Shown here: positions 8,576 to 15,072 of the stretch, piece by piece | How the letters are laid out: every line of letters starts with the position of its first letter | Numbering within the stretch: the first letter of the stretch is position 1 | Assembly: GCF_000018105.1 (NCBI RefSeq) | Contig: NC_009932.1 | Coordinates: 120,001 to 152,000 of the forward strand | Reading direction: 5' to 3' | DNA: 32,000 nucleotides | Origin: Acaryochloris marina MBIC11017 | GTDB lineage: Bacteria > Cyanobacteriota > Cyanobacteriia > Thermosynechococcales > Thermosynechococcaceae | Notes under the pieces: generated by a model | Databases searched by the model: none | What the model was told of the DNA's origin: nothing | What the model saw: only the letters and a program-made list of their open reading frames with translations | Made by a program: the position numbers and the translations under genes

Positions 8576-8848
8576 ATGAAACCCACAACAAGATACAAAC
8601 TCATTCCACAAGTTCAGTTCACCACAACGATTGAACTCCATGACCAGCAGACGGCAATCCTTAACCGCCTGGTGCTGGGTAGCAAAGATTTGACCGACGA
8701 CGAGGCTTTGGATCTTTGGTTGTCACTTAACCCCTATGTCCACACCTTCCAACATTCCACTCCCAGAGATATCTTTTCTTCGTTGAGATATGCAGCCCTA
8801 GCTGCTCTACCAGATAATCCCAAGCCAGCTTACCCCTGGAGCTGCTAA
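8576..8848 (+). CDS. Hypothetical protein
   Basis: 90-aa ORF with GAGG upstream of the ATG. Confidence 0.45.
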   Translation: MKPTTRYKLIPQVQFTTTIELHDQQTAILNRLVLGSKDLTDDEALDLWLSLNPYVHTFQHSTPRDIFSSLRYAALAALPDNPKPAYPWSC

Positions 8849-8866
8849 ATTCCGTGCACTCAGATA

Positions 8867-9091
8867 TTGAAGCCGATGGTCAGGACTTCATTTGCTGCTG
8901 AGGATCATTCTGCCTACGTTTCTTATAACCACTCAAACCTCATTCGCTTTTTGGAGAAAATCATGACTGCCACTCTAGACAACAACGCCACTCGCAACGC
9001 TCTAACCAAAGCGATCAAAGAGCATATCGATCCTGCTAAGCCTGAGAAGGTCAACATCAAAAAAATACATCGTCAAACAGTACAAACCTGA
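8867..9091 (+). CDS. Hypothetical small protein, possibly the 5' half of a gene split at an A7 run
   Basis: The internal ATG at 8963, preceded by GGAG, is the more convincing start. The frame ends at TGA 9089-9091, shortly after the A7 run at 9059-9065. Confidence 0.4.
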   Translation: MKPMVRTSFAAEDHSAYVSYNHSNLIRFLEKIMTATLDNNATRNALTKAIKEHIDPAKPEKVNIKKIHRQTVQT

Positions 9092-9191
9092 TGACCCCAC
9101 AGGACAAGACAAGCTGGCTAAGTTTGCCTGGGAATTACACCATGGCAATCGTAATCTGCGGAACCGGGATCATGTCCTCGAACTCTTCGGA

Positions 9192-9602
9192 TTGCTAACC
9201 CTGGAAGCGACGGGACTAGAACAGCGCAAAACCAATAAGGCCAAATGCTCTCCCCTAAAAGAGGCTGTATTCAAAGTGCTTAAGCAGGTAGCAGGCCAGG
9301 ACATTTTGATGGTGGTTGCGCTAAATGAGCTGATGGATCAACTCACGGTCACTCGCATCAATAGCTGGGAGACCTTTTTTAAGCAGCTTGCCATTAAGCG
9401 AACTGAACTCGAATCTCTGGCTGATACCGTGTATGAACTCTCGGGGGTTTCTCCTGGGGCGGTTGAAGATCTCGACGCTGTGATTGTGCCCCTCTACAAC
9501 GAAGCAAAAGGCCAAGACATCAAAGCCATTAACTGGGAACGTCGCTCTTGGTGGGACTGGGCACACAACCATTTGCTTGAGCAGGTTAGCAAAGCGGCCT
9601 AA
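9192..9602 (+). CDS. Hypothetical protein; its frame is open from 9006, with no ATG/GTG/TTG before the TTG at 9192
   Basis: The same frame reads ...DKLAKFAWELHHGNRNLRNRDHVLELFG upstream of the called TTG start, so the real 5' end is probably missing or frameshifted. Confidence 0.5.
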   Translation: MLTLEATGLEQRKTNKAKCSPLKEAVFKVLKQVAGQDILMVVALNELMDQLTVTRINSWETFFKQLAIKRTELESLADTVYELSGVSPGAVEDLDAVIVPLYNEAKGQDIKAINWERRSWWDWAHNHLLEQVSKAA

Positions 9603-9700
9603 CCCTCTCCCCCTGTCTGTACCTGGGTCAGCCCTGTGGCGATATCCCCCCAACCATCGGGGCTGGCCTTTCCTTATTCCTATTCCCTTGGAGAAATCCC

Positions 9701-10081
9701 ATGCAAGCCCATCACCTTAATTTGGCAGAATTTCTGCTCAACCCGCCTACGGTTAACCTGGCCTATTCTCCGGTGGCTGTTATGACGGTAGCGACGGCTA
9801 AGAATTTAATGCAATCCCAGGAATTATTACTCAGTGGTGCCCAGAAACTGTTTAATCCAGCGGTCTGGCCCCAGCTAGAACCAGAGATTGAGCGGATTCC
9901 CTTCGACCGACAGAAGGCCCAATGCTTCCGTGATTGTGTTGCCTATCTAATGGCCGAGGCGACGACGCTGAGGTCGGAACGGCGACATGTCGATGCCCTC
10001 AAGCATATGGAGGCGGCGTTGATGCTGGAGGCACTGGTCCATGGCGGTTATGACGAGGGGCCATTCGTTTCAGAACAGTAA
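9701..10081 (+). CDS. Hypothetical protein
   Basis: 126-aa ORF with GGAG 7 nt upstream of the ATG. Confidence 0.5.
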   Translation: MQAHHLNLAEFLLNPPTVNLAYSPVAVMTVATAKNLMQSQELLLSGAQKLFNPAVWPQLEPEIERIPFDRQKAQCFRDCVAYLMAEATTLRSERRHVDALKHMEAALMLEALVHGGYDEGPFVSEQ

Positions 10082-10121
10082 AAGGCATCGCCAAGTTCGG
10101 GACAAGTCAAACGATGCCTTT
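10081..10121 (+). other. 10-bp-stem hairpin at a gene end, without a U-tract
   Basis: AAAGGCATCG (10081-10090) pairs with CGATGCCTTT (10112-10121) around a 21-nt loop. It begins on the last base of the stop codon. Confidence 0.4.
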
Positions 10122-10154
10122 CATTGAACGAACCATTCAACGAGGTTATTCAAC

Positions 10155-10487
10155 ATGAATCATACAACTCTTCCCCAACGAGTTATCGACAGTATTGATC
10201 TGCCTTCCTACGAACTCCATACCAGACCGACTGGTGAGAACGACCGCAAGCTCAATGTCTTTTTCGGCAGTCGGTTGATCGGGTATGTCTACATCAACTT
10301 TATCCAGGGCCAATCCAATTACGTCGGCACCACGCTCAGATATCAGTCCTTCGGCCCTTACTCCCGGAGGACGGAAGCGGCTGAGGCTGTCTTAGAAGCA
10401 TTCAATGCAGGACTCACGGATGAGCAACGGCTGAGGGTCGCTCTTGCTCATGAGATGGCCGAGAACATGACCGTCATTGCTTGCTAA
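10155..10487 (+). CDS. Hypothetical protein
   Basis: 110-aa ORF with GAGG upstream. Confidence 0.5.
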   Translation: MNHTTLPQRVIDSIDLPSYELHTRPTGENDRKLNVFFGSRLIGYVYINFIQGQSNYVGTTLRYQSFGPYSRRTEAAEAVLEAFNAGLTDEQRLRVALAHEMAENMTVIAC

Positions 10488-10519
10488 TCCCCAACAGCTA
10501 GAGATTTGGAGTATTCATC

Positions 10520-10930
10520 ATGCCCACTATCCACATTGCCAATCTGAGAAAGTCCCGGCAGCTTCAACCCGGTGTTCGATGTGATCGGGGGACTCCTTTA
10601 GGCAATCCTTTCCATATGTTCGCTGAATCAGAGCGAGATCGCTGCATTGCGGCTTTCCGGGTCTTCTTGTATGAGGTTGCCATTCTGGGAAATGAACCTA
10701 GCCAAGACTTGATTCGCAGAATTGCTGAGCAGCACAAGGTTATGCCCAGCGGTAGTTATAAACCATTCGGTCGAGGTGCAATGATGGCAGCGCTGGAGGC
10801 GCTGGGCCAGAAGTCTGAAGTAACGTTGCTGTGCTGGTGTCATCCCAAACCCTGTCACTGTGATGTGATCAAGGCTTTCCTTGAATGGAAGTGCCCAGCC
10901 CCCCAGCAGCAAACATTGGAGGTTTTGTGA
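10520..10930 (+). CDS. DUF4326 domain protein
   Basis: RCDRGTPLGNPF ... LLCWCHPKPCHCDVI is the DUF4326 signature. GGAG lies upstream. Confidence 0.8.
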   Translation: MPTIHIANLRKSRQLQPGVRCDRGTPLGNPFHMFAESERDRCIAAFRVFLYEVAILGNEPSQDLIRRIAEQHKVMPSGSYKPFGRGAMMAALEALGQKSEVTLLCWCHPKPCHCDVIKAFLEWKCPAPQQQTLEVL

Positions 10931-11307
10931 TGCCGATGATCCGGGCAAGATACCCCGATAACTGGGACGAGATTGCAACACGGGTTAAGGATGCTGCTAA
11001 CTGGCGTTGCACTCAGTGCGGTAAACCCTGTCGAAAGCCGGGGGTCGAGTGGCCGCATTTCGCTTTCTGGCTGATGATTACGCACCCTGAATGGTTCCCA
11101 AACACTTCAGAGGGGGAGGAATAGAAGCCTCAGCGATTCACTCTCACAGTGGCCCACCTGGATCAGGATCCGCAGAATAATCACCCAGATAATCTCAAAG
11201 CGCTCTGTGCGCCCTGCCACTTGAAATTTGATGCGCCATTCCGAAAAGCCAATGCGTACACAAAGCAGGAATGGTTTGGACAGATGAAGTTGGAGGATTT
11301 GTCATGA
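10930..11307 (+). pseudogene. HNH endonuclease interrupted by one in-frame TAG (11122-11124)
   Basis: The start overlaps the DUF4326 stop (TGATG). The first half carries WRCTQCGKPC. After the TAG the same frame continues KPQRFTLTVAHLDQDPQNNHPDNLKALCAPCHLKFD, which is the HNH core plus the second CxxC. It ends at TGA 11305-11307. Confidence 0.75.
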
Positions 11308-11564
11308 ATAAACAAATGTGGAACTTCATTCAAAGAGGCCGAGGTGTCTTGCAACTAAAGCCACTGGGATGCCTGAGTAATCACAGCCCGTCCTTTTGCT
11401 CTGGATGTGAACCTGGGCAGTACTACGAGTGCCAAGCCTGTGGCTATCTTCAGCCCTGGTGTAAAGGAGCTGATGATGACTACCCTGAAATTTGTGATGA
11501 CTGCTGGGCTATCGCTGAACAACTGCACAAAACCATTAAAACCCCAATGGAATCCGAGAAATGA
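11304..11564 (+). CDS. Small Cys-rich (zinc-binding-like) protein
   Basis: ATGA overlap with the HNH stop and GGAGG at 11292-11296. Contains CSGC...CQAC...C...CDDC. Confidence 0.5.
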   Translation: MNKQMWNFIQRGRGVLQLKPLGCLSNHSPSFCSGCEPGQYYECQACGYLQPWCKGADDDYPEICDDCWAIAEQLHKTIKTPMESEK

Positions 11565-11866
11565 ACGCAGCCACAAACAAATTAACCCCATCAACACAGC
11601 CCAAAGCTGTATTGCAACCCTTATCACAGCAATATCAATTCCAATCCCACGATCCTAGCCATGAAAGGGCACTGGGATTTGGTGATAGTCCATCGGCTTT
11701 GGCTTTATTCTGTGATCGTTCCAAAACAAGCACTTGGTATATCCTCGATAAAGACTCTGAACCTGTTGAGCTACTGAAGCCTGCTTTAACGGGTTACCTG
11801 ATCAGCATCGAGTTCGTTCCCAAGGAATTCAGAGGAAAGCCTTCGGGTCGGTTCAAATCAGGGTAA
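11561..11866 (+). CDS. Hypothetical protein, last gene of the cassette
   Basis: ATGA overlap with the previous gene. 101 aa. No family recognised. Confidence 0.45.
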   Translation: MNAATNKLTPSTQPKAVLQPLSQQYQFQSHDPSHERALGFGDSPSALALFCDRSKTSTWYILDKDSEPVELLKPALTGYLISIEFVPKEFRGKPSGRFKSG

Positions 11867-11941
11867 CGCTTTCACTTAATGGGAAAAAGGCTGCATCTGC
11901 TTCTGTACAAGAGCTTTAGGGTTTTTGGTTATATAAAAGTG

Positions 11942-12241
11942 TTACCCTGACATCCTAGAACTTGAACCATGCCGTTCTTTGTTTGGATCAGCACTTTCAG
12001 AATCAATCTGAGCAGATGGTTTGACCGCTGCTGTCGGCACTGGATCATATCCGCCAGGGTGAAAGGGGTGGCAACGACTAATTCGTTTCAACGCCAACCA
12101 GCTTCCCTTGAGGACTCCCCAAGTTGATATTGCTTCAATGGCGTAAGCTGAACAAGTCGGCTGAAAACGGCAAGACGGGAGAAATAAAGGCGAAATGAAT
12201 CGCCGATAAAACTGAATTAATCCAATTAATAGCGTTTTCAT
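11942..12241 (-). CDS. yidD: Membrane protein insertion efficiency factor YidD
   Basis: [62 protein letters not shown] is the conserved YidD core, followed by a low-complexity C-terminal tail. Confidence 0.9.
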   Translation of the reverse strand: MKTLLIGLIQFYRRFISPLFLPSCRFQPTCSAYAIEAISTWGVLKGSWLALKRISRCHPFHPGGYDPVPTAAVKPSAQIDSESADPNKERHGSSSRMSG

Positions 12242-12343
12242 ACAACTAACTCAAACAGGGGTAGACCATAAGCCTATCCCTATTTAACAATGAAAATATT
12301 GAATATGGAGTGGGTCTATGATCCCTATTCTTCCAACCTGTAA

Positions 12344-12448
12344 TTACCACAGGGCTTGAATGGGCTCAGACGGAATGGGATCAGGTCCTGCACCACCAAT
12401 CCGAACATCCTGATCATCGATCATATCTATCGGTTGATTAGTTTTCAT
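12344..12448 (-). CDS. Possible 34-codon small ORF, below the ORF-track cutoff
   Basis: My reverse translation gives MKTNQPIDMIDDQDVRIGGAGPDPIPSEPIQALW then a stop. GGAG lies 6 nt upstream of the ATG (12448-12446). No homology recognised. Confidence 0.25.
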   Translation of the reverse strand: MKTNQPIDMIDDQDVRIGGAGPDPIPSEPIQALW

Positions 12449-12570
12449 GGCGTTCTCCTGTCCCTTAGAAACAAGTACTTATCTAGGTTTCACCCTAACT
12501 TGAGACCTGATGAGTTGACCTACCCAAATATCTACATCACTGATTAAGGTATCCACACCGGATAGATGAC

Positions 12571-12780
12571 TTATACAGCCAGTGGACCTAGCAACTCAGG
12601 CCGTTTCTGCAGTCGATGTGCATTAATGGGGTCTTGCAGTATCACCGCTTTTCGGGGTTGTTCCACTGATACTTCTTCTAGGTTGGGAAAGTCTTGCCAA
12701 CAATAGTGGCAAAACCAGCAGATTTGCCCATGACTAATGTGAGGGAGGAGTTCATGGGAGCAAATGGGACAGTCAAACAT
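12571..12780 (-). CDS. Small 4-Cys zinc-ribbon protein, paralog of 3125-3355
   Basis: MFDCPICSHELLPHISHGQICWFCHYCWQDFP. The ATG at 12780 is preferred over the track start at 12888. Confidence 0.55.
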   Translation of the reverse strand: MFDCPICSHELLPHISHGQICWFCHYCWQDFPNLEEVSVEQPRKAVILQDPINAHRLQKRPELLGPLAV

Positions 12781-13333
12781 TGAGAAACCTCTGGCGTAGA
12801 TTGTCTCACCCAGAATCATAGGTGAGTGCCCTGCGTTACGAAGGATAGTTGATAAAGTTGAGAATCCTATGAAGATGATTGAAAACAAACGACTTTCACT
12901 GGGCTAAAGGTTGCAGAGAAAGGCATTGTTCAAATTCTAGGATGCCAGGGGAAAACTTTTATACGGCCAAAAATCCCTGAAGTCCTTAAGCAGCAGTAGC
13001 GGCAGCCTCTATCTCCCGAGTCATAGATTAGAATGAGCCATCAGCCTATCAGGCTGGCGGTGATCCCTCAATTTTGACTACTTTCTAACAAACGACAAAC
13101 TAAAAGGCTGGAGTCATTTTAGTGCGTGTCGGTGGAATAATTTGCAGTGAAAGGGTTTAAGGCAATTTGACCCATGGAATGAAACCCAAAATATGTTGAT
13201 CGCTATAGTCACGTTGTTATCCGCTGAGTGAAAACGGTGGAGCTAAATGGTCAATGGGAACAGCTTTGGTTCCCTCAAATCGTTGCAGAGAAAGAAAACC
13301 TAGAAAAATTTACAGGTGGACAACTTCAATAAA

Positions 13334-13981
13334 TCAGCTCTTTGATGTCCGTCTTTGTTTAATAAAAAGAACTATGCATATTAGACAAAATATTACTCCA
13401 ATCACAAAGGTGGTATATCCTAAAATTACAAGGAAGGTCACATCCATCCATAAGTAATGAGTATTGATGCTGTTGCTACTTTGGATATTTAGTTGAAACG
13501 AAAGATATTCGCTCAGACCTGCTTCATTTTTTACTGATAATCGATAAATATTATTCTTTGAGAAAGATATAGTATTAGAACTAAGTATTAAAATGTCATT
13601 GTATTTTTTACAAGAAAACTTTTCTGATATTAACTTATTTTTAGTGCTTTTATTCTTTCCTTTTATTGAAGATAGTCTTGGCTTAATAAGCTCAATAATA
13701 TTACAATCTATTTCTAGTAACTCTGAATTATTAATTTTAAAGATGACATTATATCGATTTTCAGAAATATCATAATTCGTTTCAATATCAAAATATATAC
13801 TATCATTAGATTTTAAGAGTATATTTTTAGTTAAAGGTTTAATAGTATAAATCTTTTCTTCCCACTTATAATAGATAAAGATAGATAAGAAAATAAAGAA
13901 TAGCCCTATTATTCCTATTTTTTTATTTTTCATGAAGAATATACTAAAGACAGCAAAAACTAAGAGAACATGCCTACTCAT
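13334..13981 (-). CDS. Hypothetical membrane protein encoded in a very AT-rich insert
   Basis: 215-aa ORF with hydrophobic helices at both ends (IGIIGLFFIFLSIFIYY; VTFLVILGYTTFVIGVIFCLICIVLFI) and an Asn/Ile/Lys/Ser-rich middle. An alternative start is ATG 13933. Sampled 60-nt lines are 20-25% G+C, against about 55% at 14701. Confidence 0.55.
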   Translation of the reverse strand: MSRHVLLVFAVFSIFFMKNKKIGIIGLFFIFLSIFIYYKWEEKIYTIKPLTKNILLKSNDSIYFDIETNYDISENRYNVIFKINNSELLEIDCNIIELIKPRLSSIKGKNKSTKNKLISEKFSCKKYNDILILSSNTISFSKNNIYRLSVKNEAGLSEYLSFQLNIQSSNSINTHYLWMDVTFLVILGYTTFVIGVIFCLICIVLFIKQRRTSKS

Positions 13982-14105
13982 AAAGAGCTGGTCGCACCTG
14001 GTGCTGCATTGGCAGATCTCGTGGTGTCGGGTGAGGGAGATGTAGAGGGAACTGTAGAGAAGATATTAGCGAGATTCTTGGATTTAGGGTCGGTTTAACC
14101 CCATA

Positions 14106-14522
14106 TCAATCCTCACATAAGGGCACTCCATCACTGGGTTCATTCGTTGCAGATCCCACCCGTAATCGATGCCCATCAGGATCTTCAATATTCATTTCTC
14201 GCATTCCCCAAGAGAAATTAGTAGGTGCTTGCCGAATCTTGGCTCCTTTCGCTTTGTAATCAATGAATAACGCATCAACATCAGCCACGAATATTGATAT
14301 CCATGTTCCAGGCTGCCCTTGTGCCCCCTGACATAAAAAGATGCAAACGTCATCTCTGGAAACAGATGCAAAAGTCGGTGGATCGCCCCAGTCCCAATCT
14401 TTTTGAAAGCCAAGAACATTGACATAGTAATCAATACTCGTAGGAATACTACTGACATTGAGTATGGGAGAAAGGCCCGAAAATTGGTTCTGAGCCATAC
14501 TTTCTTTAGGTGTGCTAGTCAT
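14106..14522 (-). CDS. VOC / glyoxalase / bleomycin-resistance family protein
   Basis: ...ILNVSSIPTSIDYYVNVLGFQKDWDWGDPPTFASV...GMREMNIEDPDGHRLRVG is a typical VOC beta-alpha-beta-beta-beta module. Confidence 0.8.
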   Translation of the reverse strand: MTSTPKESMAQNQFSGLSPILNVSSIPTSIDYYVNVLGFQKDWDWGDPPTFASVSRDDVCIFLCQGAQGQPGTWISIFVADVDALFIDYKAKGAKIRQAPTNFSWGMREMNIEDPDGHRLRVGSATNEPSDGVPLCED

Positions 14523-14620
14523 ACTAATCCTCTGCTCATCAAAGATCTATCGGCTTTAAGTCTTGCCTAGAAAATAATCAGTACTGTAGAGAAAATAGTT
14601 CATTTGTGCTAAGTATAAAC

Positions 14621-14634
14621 AGTACATATGAACC
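14621..14634 (+). promoter_or_regulatory. Possible LexA-type operator upstream of umuD
   Basis: AGTACATATGAACC matches 10 of the 11 defined positions of the Anabaena LexA box RGTACNNNDGTWCB (consensus quoted from memory). It lies between a TATAAA at 14614-14619 and the umuD ATG at 14641. A second CAGTAC occurs at 14579-14584. Confidence 0.3.
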
Positions 14635-14640
14635 ATAATA

Positions 14641-15072
14641 ATGCTTATTCGATCAGTTCATGCTGTTGAGTGGGCCGATCCTGTCTGCCTGCCTATATTT
14701 AGCGCTCCAGTTTCTGCTGGTTTCCCCAGCCCAGCCGACGACCATTTGCAGAAAAATCTGAATTTACAAGATGCCTTGATTCCTCGACCCGCCGCGACCT
14801 TTCTGATGCGAGTCGAGGGGGATTCGATGGAAGGCTGTGGGATATTCTCTGGGGATTTGTTGGTTGTGGATCGCTCCATTGATCCAGTGGATGGAGCTGT
14901 AGTGATAGCGGTTCTAGAAGGTGAGTTTACAGTGAAGCGGCTCCGTAAAACCCAAGGAAAAATTTTGCTGACTGCTGAGAACCCAGACTATCCTCCCATC
15001 ACTGTGCAAAGGGGAATGGATTTCTCTGTCTGGGGGGTCGTTACATTTGTGGTTCACGGGTTAGAAGCTTGA
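14641..15072 (+). CDS. umuD: UmuD-like S24 peptidase (Pol V accessory subunit)
   Basis: Ala26-Gly27 cleavage-site candidate (PVSAGFPSP), Ser nucleophile motif EGDSMEG and Lys motif FTVKRL. Confidence 0.85.
   Translation: MLIRSVHAVEWADPVCLPIFSAPVSAGFPSPADDHLQKNLNLQDALIPRPAATFLMRVEGDSMEGCGIFSGDLLVVDRSIDPVDGAVVIAVLEGEFTVKRLRKTQGKILLTAENPDYPPITVQRGMDFSVWGVVTFVVHGLEA

Noticed and set aside
9321-11658. ORFs 9321-9653 (-), 9484-9720 (+), 10628-10981 (-), 10855-11085 (-), 11355-11627 (-) and 11407-11658 (+).
   Set aside because: They overlap the tightly coupled rightward genes of the cassette. None has a ribosome-binding site or family signature. The rightward frames do, for example DUF4326 and HNH.
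12356-12547. 63-aa plus-strand ORF in the yidD upstream gap.
   Set aside because: It has a non-ATG start, no ribosome-binding site and an implausible composition. It is antisense to the better-supported, though still tentative, 34-codon ORF at 12344-12448.
13254-13775. Plus-strand ORFs 13254-13457 and 13593-13775.
   Set aside because: They are antisense to the AT-rich membrane-protein gene. AT-rich DNA yields spurious open frames on both strands. The minus-strand ORF is much longer and has coherent TM helices.
14580-14601. E. coli-type SOS box (CTGT-N8-ACAG) suggested by TACTGTAGAG upstream of umuD.
   Set aside because: Only the left half (CTGT) is present. The expected ACAG eight nucleotides later reads TAGT. 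Only the cyanobacterial-type motif at 14621-14634 was kept, at low confidence.
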